From an uncultured delta proteobacterium (GTDB taxonomy: Bacteria > Myxococcota_A > UBA9160 > UBA4427), in contig CAWGJT010000014.1 in NCBI GenBank assembly GCA_963822965.1, positions 160,001 to 224,000 of the forward strand: a stretch of DNA of 64,000 nt. Direction: 5' to 3'. The notes under the pieces are model-generated. The model worked only from the letters and a program-made list of their open reading frames with translations, made no database searches and was not told the DNA's origin. Below, one piece after another: positions 30,799-39,276 of this stretch. Numbering within the stretch: the first letter of the stretch is position 1; every line of letters starts with the position of its first letter. A program made the position numbers and the translations under genes.

Positions 30799-31852
30799 GC
30801 GGCGACCCCTCTCCGGACCGCGTGGGCAGCGAATAGAAGCGCCGCGCGTTCTCGGCCAGCACCTTCTGGCTCGACCCCGTCGGCATCGCGCCGAGAAGCT
30901 CGGCGATCTCCGCGCGACAGCCGTCGGCGTTCACCTCGTGCGGGAAGTCCGAGGCGAAGAGCAGCACGTCGTCGCCGAGCACCGCCATTGCCTCCGGGAT
31001 CCCCGCTTCGCCGGGATCGACGCTGAAGTAGACCCGACCCTCCGCGAGGTAGCGGCTGGGGAGCCGGGCCGCGCCGCCCGTGTACTCCGGACGCTTGCGG
31101 GCGCGGTACGACCGGTCCATGCGGCCCTGCAGGAAGGGCACCCAGCCGATGCCCGCCTCGAGGAACGCGATGCGCAGGCTCGGAAAGCGGTCGAGCACGC
31201 CGCTCATCAGGACGCTCGTGATCTGGATCATCTGCGCGAAGGGGTGGCTCAGGGTGTGCACCTGGGCGAAGTGCTCGAGCGTGTCGAGGCCCAGCTGCTG
31301 GGACGGGCCTCCGTGGACCGCCAGGGATACGTCGAGACGTTCGGCCTCGGCGTACAGGGGGTCGTAGACGGTGCTGCCGAGGGGGCGCCGCAGGCCGACT
31401 GCGGGAAGCACGCCACCCACCAGGCCCAGCTCACCCACCGCGCGCCGCAGCTCCGCGGCTGCGGCCGACGGGTCCTGCAGGGGGAGCAGGGCCACCGCCC
31501 GGATGCGTCCGCTCGCTCGCGTGTAGCGGTCCGCGATCCAGTCGTTGTAGCCGCGCGCCAGGGCCAGGGCCCACTCGGGATCGCGGATCAGGCTGTGGGC
31601 GAGGCCGGCCGTGGGGTAGAGCACGGTGCTCTCGATACCCGTCTTGTCCAGGAAATCGAGCCAGATGGTCGCGCTGCTGTCGAAGGAGGCGTGCAGGCCC
31701 ATGTGGGCGTGGATCGCGCCGCGCTGGAAGCCGTCGATCGAAGGCCAGAACGGGAAGCCGAGCAGGGTGTGCCGGCCGCGGAACGGCGGCTCGAGGTACT
31801 CGAAGATCTCGCGATCGTTCTCGTAGACGTGACCGTCTGCGTCGATGATCAT
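30791..31852 (-). CDS. Amidohydrolase family 2 protein
   Basis: IIDADGHV, VLYPT, YNDW, AVHG, RFPSLRIAFLEAGIGW, FASDFPH, ENARRFY. Confidence 0.92.
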   Translation of the reverse strand: MIIDADGHVYENDREIFEYLEPPFRGRHTLLGFPFWPSIDGFQRGAIHAHMGLHASFDSSATIWLDFLDKTGIESTVLYPTAGLAHSLIRDPEWALALARGYNDWIADRYTRASGRIRAVALLPLQDPSAAAAELRRAVGELGLVGGVLPAVGLRRPLGSTVYDPLYAEAERLDVSLAVHGGPSQQLGLDTLEHFAQVHTLSHPFAQMIQITSVLMSGVLDRFPSLRIAFLEAGIGWVPFLQGRMDRSYRARKRPEYTGGAARLPSRYLAEGRVYFSVDPGEAGIPEAMAVLGDDVLLFASDFPHEVNADGCRAEIAELLGAMPTGSSQKVLAENARRFYSLPTRSGEGSPLG

Positions 31853-31922
31853 CGGGGGGGTCAAGCGGGGCTCCCGAAAGGGCTCGCGCGCGGTTCGAGG
31901 TGGCTCGCATTGAACCCGGAAC

Positions 31923-32819
31923 TCACGGGTCGGTCAAGGACCGGAGGAGCACTTCCTCGCCGGGGAGCCCGCTTTCGATCGCCGCCTGCAATCGGTCGAG
32001 GCCGCGCAGCGGCACCGCCGCGACCCGCCGCGGTGCGCCGACGCGATGCGCCGCCGAGCCCAGGCGAGCGGACAACGCCCAGTAGCCGAAGTGCTCGAGC
32101 AGCGGCTCGATCGAACGTCGTCTCACGTAGGTCTCGAGGAACACGTCGGCGCTTCGCGGGTCCAGGGACCAGCGGTAGAGGGTTCGGGCCAGGTCTGCGT
32201 CGCAGGCGTCCACCGCCAGCGCCTCGTTGTCCACGACCCGGACGTGCCCCTCGGCGTCCACGACGAGATTCTCGGCGCACAGGTCGCCGTGCACGAACCC
32301 CACCCGCCACCGGGCCGGCAGGTGGCTCTTCAGCACCCCGCGCAGGGCGTCCGCCCGGCCGGCGTCGAGGGCGCCGGCCCGGACGAGCCGTTCCAGGTGC
32401 CGGGCGGTCCGTGCGGTCTGTCGCTCCAGCGGATCGTCTGGAGCGAACGGGCAGCGGGCCGGCAGGGGCGTCTCGTGAAGGGTGGCGAGGAAGTCGGCGC
32501 CCGCCCGCACGACGCCGGACTCGTTCGGCCCGGCCGGGCTTCCCTCGACCCATTCGAGCAGCATCACGTCCTGCCGTTGCGCGACCAGCCGGGGAAAGGC
32601 CGGGTGGGGAGCGTGGCGGAGCACGTATCGGACGCGCGCGGCGGTGGAGGCGTCCCGCAGCTCGCGGCCCTTCAGCACCCGTCCGTCGGCGAAGTCGAGC
32701 CGGTAGGCGGCCGCTCGGTGTCGGGGGGCCGCGAGGCTCGAGATCTTCCGGGTGCGGCAGAGCGGTCCGCCGTGCTCCACGGCGAGCGCTCGTAGCCCTG
32801 CACCCGGGGACTCGCGCAT
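31923..32819 (-). CDS. Aminoglycoside phosphotransferase/choline kinase-like protein
   Basis: VLKGR, LLEWVEG, FLATLH, VHGDLCAENLVV (Brenner motif), VVDNE, DLARTLYRW. Confidence 0.82.
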   Translation of the reverse strand: MRESPGAGLRALAVEHGGPLCRTRKISSLAAPRHRAAAYRLDFADGRVLKGRELRDASTAARVRYVLRHAPHPAFPRLVAQRQDVMLLEWVEGSPAGPNESGVVRAGADFLATLHETPLPARCPFAPDDPLERQTARTARHLERLVRAGALDAGRADALRGVLKSHLPARWRVGFVHGDLCAENLVVDAEGHVRVVDNEALAVDACDADLARTLYRWSLDPRSADVFLETYVRRRSIEPLLEHFGYWALSARLGSAAHRVGAPRRVAAVPLRGLDRLQAAIESGLPGEEVLLRSLTDP

Positions 32820-32935
32820 GGCTTCGTGCCCCAAACGGAACCTCCCGCGAGCTCAGGACCCGTGTCGGCGCTTCGATCCTACATTGTCGCGCGGGACTGT
32901 GTTACCCCGATGGACGGCCGCACGGAGGCGCCGCG

Positions 32936-34096
32936 ATGGATCCGCGTCCGCACATCCGCCTCGTTCGCGCGCTCGCCGACGGCGAGGACGCCTTCCTGCG
33001 GCAGCTCGACCGCGGCGCGCCCCTCGAGGCCGCGGCCTTCGAGGGCTTCCTGCGCCGGGAGAAGCTGCTCCCCTGGGTCGCGCCCGTCGGCTCCAGCGAG
33101 CGGGTGCGGGGGTGGCTGCCGGAAGCCCTCGCCGAGTCGCTTCGAGAGGCGGGTCGGACGAGCGGCGAGCGGGTGTCGGGTCTCGTCGCCCTGTGCCGGG
33201 AGGCCACCGCCGCGCTGGCAGAGGCCGGAGTCGACGCCCTGGTCTACAAGGGGCTGGTCCACGGCGCCTGCCTCTACGGGGACCCCCGCCTCCGTCACCA
33301 GGGCGACGTCGACCTGATGGTGCGTCGCGGCCAGGTGGAGGTCGCGGTCGAGGCCCTCGGCTCCGTCGGGTACGACGTTCGTGTGGACGGCAGCTCGGGA
33401 GAGCCGATGCCGGAACGCGTCTCTCGCATGCTGCGCAAGCCGCTGCTCCGCAAGGGAGTCGACGCGTGCACCCTGCGTCGGGGGCCACGGGAGAAGGTCG
33501 ACCTGCACTGGTGCCTCCGCATGCGCTATCTGCCCCACGTGGGTGTGCGCCGGCTTTCGGACGGCCGCCGGACCGTGGACGTCGGGGGCCTCGCGGTCGA
33601 GACCTTCTCCGAGGAGGACACGCTCCTCGTCCTGGTGCTCATGATCGCCGAGAAGCTGCGGCGCGCGGTGCTCCAGCAGAAGCTCTTCCTCGATCTGCTG
33701 CTCGCGGGTCGTGCCCTGGGCCCCGCCTTCGACTGGGAGGCCTTCCTGTGCGATCGACGGGGCGAGGGTCTCGAGCGGCTCACGACCAACGTGCTCGCGA
33801 TCTTCCTGGAGCTCTGGGAGTGCGGCGAAGAGCTGCCCGGGCTGGCGGCGGCGGTCGGCCGGCGCCGGGCGCTGCTCGAGGTGGCGGACCGCGAAGAGGT
33901 GGACGCGCTGGTGGCGCGCGACCGGAAGCACCGCCGCAACCGCGTCTGGTACGACCGGGCCCACGCGCCGCGCGCGCCGGGGGGGCTCTGGTTCCGTCTG
34001 GGCCCGGACCTTCCCCACACCCTCGCCCGCCGCGCGGGCCGGCGGCTCTCGACCCTGCGCTTCGGCGCCGGGGAAGCCGCTGCGCCGCGCCCGTGA
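32936..34096 (+). CDS. Nucleotidyltransferase-family protein (NTP_transf_5-like)
   Basis: VYKGLVHGACLYGDPRLRHQGDVDLMV (KG..Y..R..GDxD), VDLHW; GGAGG RBS. Confidence 0.82.
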   Translation: MDPRPHIRLVRALADGEDAFLRQLDRGAPLEAAAFEGFLRREKLLPWVAPVGSSERVRGWLPEALAESLREAGRTSGERVSGLVALCREATAALAEAGVDALVYKGLVHGACLYGDPRLRHQGDVDLMVRRGQVEVAVEALGSVGYDVRVDGSSGEPMPERVSRMLRKPLLRKGVDACTLRRGPREKVDLHWCLRMRYLPHVGVRRLSDGRRTVDVGGLAVETFSEEDTLLVLVLMIAEKLRRAVLQQKLFLDLLLAGRALGPAFDWEAFLCDRRGEGLERLTTNVLAIFLELWECGEELPGLAAAVGRRRALLEVADREEVDALVARDRKHRRNRVWYDRAHAPRAPGGLWFRLGPDLPHTLARRAGRRLSTLRFGAGEAAAPRP

Positions 34097-34109
34097 AGAA
34101 GCCGTCCCC

Positions 34110-34949
34110 ATGCTGCCCAACCTGGTGGTGATCGGCGCCATGAAGTGCGCCACCACGAGCCTGCACCACTACCTGGATCTGCACCCCGAGATCTCCATGG
34201 CACGGCAGCGCGGGCTCAACGGGTTCCTCGCCGAGAACGCGTCCCGTGGCATGGCGTGGTACGGCTCCCACTTCGAAGGGCCCGGCCGCATCCGGGGCGA
34301 CACGTCGCCGCGCTACACGAATGCCCCCCTCAACCCCGGGGTCGCGGCGCGCATGCACGCGGTGATCCCCGAAGCCAGGCTCGTATACCTGGTGCGGGAC
34401 CCGGTCGAGCGCATGCTCTCGCACTACACCCACTACGTGGCGGCGGGCTACGAGGCGCGGGATGCGGACCGGGCGCTGCTCGACCTCGGGGACGGCCCCG
34501 AGCGGAATCCCTACCTGTGCCGCAGCCTCTACTGGATGCAGCTCGAGCACTACCTGGCCCTCTACCCGCCGTCTCGGATCCACGTGCTCTACTACGAGGG
34601 CCTGCGCGACCGCCGTCGCGAGACCCTGCGCGACCTGTTTCGATTCCTGGAAGTCGACGAGGGCTTCGAGGCGCCGGGCTTCGGGCGCGTCCACCACGAG
34701 ACCCGGGACAAGCGACGGCTCACCCCGGTGGGCCGCGGCGTGCAGCGCATGCTGGCCCCGGCCCTGGCGCGCCTGTCCCAGGACGACCGCGAGCGGGCCC
34801 GCTCTCTGCTCACGCGACCGTTCTCGCGGCGGGTCGAGCGCCCCGTCCTGGAGGCGAACGTGGAGGCCCGGCTGCGTCGCCTGGTGCAGGAAGACAGCCG
34901 CAGGCTCCAGGACTTCGTCGGCCGCCCCGCGCCGGGCTGGAAGATCTAG
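34110..34949 (+). CDS. Sulfotransferase
   Basis: PNLVVIGAMKCATTSLHHYLDLHPEI (5'-PAPS loop) and YLVRDPVERMLSHY (3'-PAPS motif). Confidence 0.92.
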   Translation: MLPNLVVIGAMKCATTSLHHYLDLHPEISMARQRGLNGFLAENASRGMAWYGSHFEGPGRIRGDTSPRYTNAPLNPGVAARMHAVIPEARLVYLVRDPVERMLSHYTHYVAAGYEARDADRALLDLGDGPERNPYLCRSLYWMQLEHYLALYPPSRIHVLYYEGLRDRRRETLRDLFRFLEVDEGFEAPGFGRVHHETRDKRRLTPVGRGVQRMLAPALARLSQDDRERARSLLTRPFSRRVERPVLEANVEARLRRLVQEDSRRLQDFVGRPAPGWKI

Positions 34950-35014
34950 CTGGCGGACGAATCCGCAGGATTCGTTTGCGGCGCAAGCCGACCCATCCGG
35001 GGTCAGGCTCCTAG
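34946..35014. repeat. CTAG-bounded palindromic module with a degenerate family A copy
   Basis: Hairpin ACGAATCC-GCA-GGATTCGT (34957-34975); GCAAGCCGACCCATCCGGGGTCAG (34983) matches the 9561 copy at 19/24; CTAG at both ends. Confidence 0.45.
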
Positions 35015-35226
35015 CCCCAATGCGTCATTCAGCGCGCTTCTCGCGTGCCGCAGGCCCTGCCAGCCCTTGCGGATCCTGCGAGAACGGCGCAAGCAGCCTG
35101 AGCGCGACAACCTCATTCCCATGAGATCCTGGCGTCGGGCTCGGATCGCGGCACGGACCGAGAAGATCCGGCGATTCGGGTGGCATTGGGAGTCGCGCCC
35201 TGATCCGTATGACGGATCAGGGCTAG
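35011..35226. mobile_element. 216-bp MITE-like non-autonomous element
   Basis: Left end CTAGCCCCAATGCGTCAT versus reverse complement of right end CTAGCCCTGATCCGTCAT (15/18). Perfect 12-bp hairpin GCCCTGATCCGT-ATG-ACGGATCAGGGC at 35197-35223. No credible ORF. Confidence 0.55.
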
Positions 35227-36461
35227 TCGCCCGCAACGCCCGCGAACGCCGCGCGAAGCGCGGCCGACATCGCGGAGGCCGCGTGGTCCGTGGTCCAGCG
35301 AAGGGCTTCGTCGCGCGACCGGCGGCCGATGCGCTCCCGACCCGGCGGGTCGTGCGCCAGGGCGACGAGCTTTGCGGCGAGATCGGCGGGGTCGCCCATG
35401 CGGAAGAGGACGCCGGTCTCCCCGTCGACGATCGCCTCGCGGGCCGCCGGGATGTCGCTCGCGACGACCACGCGACCGCAGGCCCGGGCCTCGCCGAACA
35501 CCAGCGGCAAGCCTTCGTGCTCCGAGGCGAGCACCACCAGGTCGGCGAGCCGCATCACGTCGGGCATTCGGGCATGATCGACCTCGCCGGCGAAGCGAAA
35601 GCGCGCCGCCACGCCGTGGCGTCGCGCGCTTTCGGCGACCGCATCCCGCCCCGGGCCGCCTCCCACCACCAGGTGCACCAGGTGCGGAGCCTCCTTCGCC
35701 GCCAGCACGGCCGCGCGAACCACGTCCTCGGGTCGCTTGGAGGGCTTGAGGCCCGAGACCTGGGCGGCGACGACGTGACCTTCGCCCAGGCCGAAGCGGC
35801 GGAGGGCCTGCGGCTCCTTCGGACCCGGCCGGAAACGCGCCGTGTCGGCGCCGTTCGGGATGGCGATCACCTGCCGGGCGCCGAGCGCCCGCACGCGCGC
35901 CGCCAGGTGGTGCGCGACGGCGACCACCCGATCCGCCCCGCGCAGCGCGTCCACGACGGCCTCGCGCGCCTCGGCGGGATGGTCGTGGCGCTCCAGGGCG
36001 TCCAGGGCGGGGCCGTGTGCGATCACGACGTACGGCAGCCCCTCGCGCCCGCACAGCTCCCGCAGCACCGGCGCCAGCACCTCGCGGCCGATCACCACTC
36101 CGTCCGGGCGGCGCCGGGCGACGGCCCGGGCGAGCAGCGGCGCGAGCTCGCGGCGCGCGGCCTCGCGCCAGCCGCGCTCGGCGGGTCGCCGGCCCGAGTG
36201 GTAGCGGAACGCGAAGGCTTCGACCTCGAGCCCCGGTGTGTCGCAGGCCGGGAGCGACCGTGTCTCGCCCGGCTCCGGCTCCGGCGCCTCGGCGATCACG
36301 CGCACGCGATGGCCCCGGGCGGCGAGTCGGGGCAGCAGGTCGGCGTAGAAGATCGACACGCCCGTCTGGCGCGCCCAGCGCGCTCCGGACCGGTACGGCA
36401 GGGGCGCGAAGACGAGCAGGTCGAGCCCGGGTCCGCCGTCCGGATCCGGTCGGGGACGCAC
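35223..36461 (-). CDS. GT4 glycosyltransferase
   Basis: LAARGHRVRVIA, IPNGADTARFRP, KRPED, SEHEGLPLVFGEARACG, IVDGETGVLF. Confidence 0.9.
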   Translation of the reverse strand: MRPRPDPDGGPGLDLLVFAPLPYRSGARWARQTGVSIFYADLLPRLAARGHRVRVIAEAPEPEPGETRSLPACDTPGLEVEAFAFRYHSGRRPAERGWREAARRELAPLLARAVARRRPDGVVIGREVLAPVLRELCGREGLPYVVIAHGPALDALERHDHPAEAREAVVDALRGADRVVAVAHHLAARVRALGARQVIAIPNGADTARFRPGPKEPQALRRFGLGEGHVVAAQVSGLKPSKRPEDVVRAAVLAAKEAPHLVHLVVGGGPGRDAVAESARRHGVAARFRFAGEVDHARMPDVMRLADLVVLASEHEGLPLVFGEARACGRVVVASDIPAAREAIVDGETGVLFRMGDPADLAAKLVALAHDPPGRERIGRRSRDEALRWTTDHAASAMSAALRAAFAGVAGD

Positions 36462-36472
36462 CGGGGCCGCGC

Positions 36473-37225
36473 TCAGATCTCGATCGGGATGGGCCACGGC
36501 TCGATCTTCCCGGCCTCGATCTCCGCGAGGCGCAGGGCGGACAGCGGCCGTCCGAACATCTCGTTGCGCATCCGGAGCCGCTGCCCGCAGATCGCCACCG
36601 CGATGCGCCCGCACCGCTCCCAGTCGTCCGGGCTCCGGGCGTGCCGCGCGATGCGGTGGATCTGCATGGGGCCGTGGATCACCTCGTCGCGGTGGATCTC
36701 GCGGAAGGCGGCGGCGATGGCGCGATCGAAGTCGCTGCCCGAGAGGCTCGCGAGCACGGTGTACATGGATCCGCCTCCGCCTTCGGTGAACGTGACCGCC
36801 GCGCGTTCGAGCTCGTCGCCGGGACGGCGGAAGTCGGCGCGCAGGGCCTGCAGCCTGCGGTCCTCTTCCAGGCCGTGCAGCTCGTCCGGGACCAACTCCC
36901 GACCGGTGAGCCGGTGGATGAGGGCGGCCAGCAGCCCGAAGTGCTTCATCTCCTCGGCCAGGATCTCGGCCGCGCGCTCGCCGTCCGGGTGGACGGCGAT
37001 GCGGCCCGTCTTCCAGTACTCCTGTTGCAGCGGGGCAGGCAGGTCGCGCAGGTGGCGCGTCTCCTTGAAGGCCTGGGCGCGCAGCCAGAAGAGATCGCTC
37101 TCCCGGGAGCGGCCGCGGCCCTCGAAGTAGCCGCGCGTGATCTCGGCCTCGCCCGCCCATAGGGGCGCGACGGCGTCGGCCAGGGCCTGCATGCGGCGGC
37201 GGGTCTCTCCTTCGGGGGGCTCCAC
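36473..37225 (-). CDS. Ferritin-like (putative diiron) protein of unknown function
   Basis: Helical sequence with AFKE, EEMKH, FTEGGG and DEVIH, i.e. an E...ExxH...E...ExxH pattern. Confidence 0.65.
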   Translation of the reverse strand: MEPPEGETRRRMQALADAVAPLWAGEAEITRGYFEGRGRSRESDLFWLRAQAFKETRHLRDLPAPLQQEYWKTGRIAVHPDGERAAEILAEEMKHFGLLAALIHRLTGRELVPDELHGLEEDRRLQALRADFRRPGDELERAAVTFTEGGGGSMYTVLASLSGSDFDRAIAAAFREIHRDEVIHGPMQIHRIARHARSPDDWERCGRIAVAICGQRLRMRNEMFGRPLSALRLAEIEAGKIEPWPIPIEI

Positions 37226-37255
37226 GGCAGCTCCTCGCGGTTCGATGGGTGCGCG

Positions 37256-38164
37256 TCAGCGGATGGACGCCAGGCCGGCGCGGTAGTCCCGCAGCCGCCG
37301 GCGGTGGCGATGATAACGCCGCAGCAGCCGCGCGTTCATCAGCGCCGCGGCGAGGAACGCGCCCGGGTGGGTTGCCACGAAGCGCAGGTCGGCGGGAGGT
37401 CGCCGCCGCGGGCCGCGGCCCGCGCGGTCCCGCAGGATCGCCAGGGTGCGGATCTGCTCGCGCTTGTCGCCCCGGGGCTTGTGGCTCTCGGGGTTGTCGC
37501 GGTTGTAGACGCACAGCACGCGGTCGACGAACCGCCGCCGGCGGGTCTGCGCGAGGACGGGCCAGGCGATGGCGGCGTCGCATCCCGCGCGGAACCAGCG
37601 CCCCTCGTCGTCCTGGAGATCGTCTGCGCGCACGGCGTCGAAGAGCCGGCGGCGGAAGCTGAAGAGGTGCTGGGTCACGAAGGGCTGGCGGTCGGGCGGC
37701 AGCAGGGGCGAGAGGTGGTCCGACTTGCCCGGGGTGCCGTCGCTGCCCCGCCAGTTGCTCCACACGACGTCGAAACCACGCCGGTACTCTCGATCGAGGG
37801 TCTCCAGCGCCCGCGGATCGGCGAGGCGGTCGTCCGCGTCGAGCAGGACGACGATCTCGGCTTCGGTGTTCTCGCCGCTCTTCAGCACGCGGAAGACGTT
37901 GTGCGCCTTGTGGCTCCGCTCCGGGCTCGTCATCACCCGGACGCGTTCGTGAAGGCCCCGCTCGCGGATCTCCCGGTCGAGCGCGGCCCGCGAGCCGTCC
38001 TGGGAGGCGTCGTCCACGATCACGGCGCGCCACGCATAGAGGGTCTGGGCCTGCAGCGAGGCCAGCAACGGGGCCACGAACGGCTCGACGTTGCGGCCGG
38101 TGACCACGAAGAGGAATCGGGGGGGTGCACCCGGCTGCCGGACCGGGCTCGCTGCAGGGGGCAT
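37256..38164 (-). CDS. GT2 glycosyltransferase
   Basis: RNVEPFV, SLQAQT, IVDDASQDGS, VLLDADDRL (DxD). Confidence 0.88.
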   Translation of the reverse strand: MPPAASPVRQPGAPPRFLFVVTGRNVEPFVAPLLASLQAQTLYAWRAVIVDDASQDGSRAALDREIRERGLHERVRVMTSPERSHKAHNVFRVLKSGENTEAEIVVLLDADDRLADPRALETLDREYRRGFDVVWSNWRGSDGTPGKSDHLSPLLPPDRQPFVTQHLFSFRRRLFDAVRADDLQDDEGRWFRAGCDAAIAWPVLAQTRRRRFVDRVLCVYNRDNPESHKPRGDKREQIRTLAILRDRAGRGPRRRPPADLRFVATHPGAFLAAALMNARLLRRYHRHRRRLRDYRAGLASIR

Positions 38165-38182
38165 CGAGGAATCTCCCGCGCG

Positions 38183-39243
38183 TCACCCGCCCGCGAAGGC
38201 GGGAACCACCTCGCGGTCCAGCAGGGCCAGCGACTCGGCGGCGATCGACGGGTCGGCGCCGGCGGTGGGCCCGACGAGGATCGCCTTCTCGATCCCGAGC
38301 CCCTCGATCTCGCGCAGGCGCTCGATGCACGCGTCCGGTGGACCGACGATCGCGAAGCGGTCCACGAACCCGGGCTGCATCCGCTCCGCCTGGCGGGAGT
38401 CCACCCGGGTGTGCTGCTTCATGTCGTAGTGCTCGTTCAGCCCCTCGAGCACCTGTCGCTGGCCTTCGTCGACGGGTCCCGAGATGGCCCCGTGCATCAC
38501 GTTGAAGCGGGCGAAGGTGGTGAGGCCGCCGCGCACCAGGCTCCTTGCCTTCTCCAGGTCCGGATGGCAGGCGAGGTTCAGGTAGACGCCGCAGCGCGGC
38601 CGAGCCTCCGGGGCGGCGGCCACGGCCTGCTCGATCCCCCAGCGGATCCGCTCCGGCGCGGCGCCCACGGTGAGCAGCACGCGCTCGGCGTGACGGGCCC
38701 CGATGGCGATCACCTTCGGCCCGGTCGCCGCCACCTCCACCGGCACCTTGTCGTGGGGTCTTCCGAGCCAGACGAGCCGGCTGGCGGCGGGCGCGTCCGC
38801 CAGCTGCAGGGAGGCGATGGGCGGCGCGGCCTGCTCGGAGAAGTCGAGCTCGTCGAAGGGAATCGCCTCGCCCCGCAGATAGCGCTGCAGGGCCACCACG
38901 TAGCGCTCGAACTGGTGCACGCCGGCGGGTGCCCGCCCCAGGTGGGCGAGCGCCGAGTCGCCGCGCCCGATGGCCAGCTCGACGCGTCCGTTCGTGCAGC
39001 GCTGCAGGGCCGCCGCGGCGGAGGCCGTCACCGCCGGGTGGCGGGTGATCGAGTTCGTGACCCCGGTGCCGAGCTTCAGGCGCTGAGCTGGCCGTCGCCG
39101 CCAGGGTGAGCGCCACGTACGAGTCGCCCGGCGAGACACTGGGAGTCGACGACGCACAGCCCGACCCAGCCCGCGCGCTCCGCCCGCTCGGCGCGCTTCT
39201 GCATGCCGTCGGGAGACGAGTGGGTGAGGGTCCACAGCTCCAT
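38183..39243 (-). CDS. LLM-class flavin-dependent oxidoreductase (frameshifted near 5' end)
   Basis: VDSQ..GDSYVAL, LGTGVTNSITRHPAVTA, GRVELAIGRGDSA, VAATGPK, FAIVGPPDACIERL. Confidence 0.88.
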
Positions 39244-39252
39244 CCGTCAGGG

Positions 39253-39268
39253 CTAGCCTCGATCCGTC
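39253..39268. repeat. Family B end-like motif in a short intergenic gap
   Basis: CTAGCCTCGATCCGTC matches the MITE terminal repeat at 14/16 and is preceded by TCAGGGCTAG, identical to the MITE right end. Confidence 0.35.
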
Positions 39269-39276
39269 CCTCGCAT

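Noticed and set aside
31923..32819. Antibiotic resistance gene
   Set aside because: It has only the generic APH-fold motifs, and its context is biosynthetic with no mobile element.
28335..35226. Lasso peptide/RiPP cluster
   Set aside because: No asparagine-synthetase-like cyclase, B protein, RRE or credible precursor ORF is present. The only sizeable spacer is a repeat element.
35003..35236. 77-aa ORF as a precursor peptide
   Set aside because: It lies within the MITE-like element, has no RBS and has atypical codon usage.
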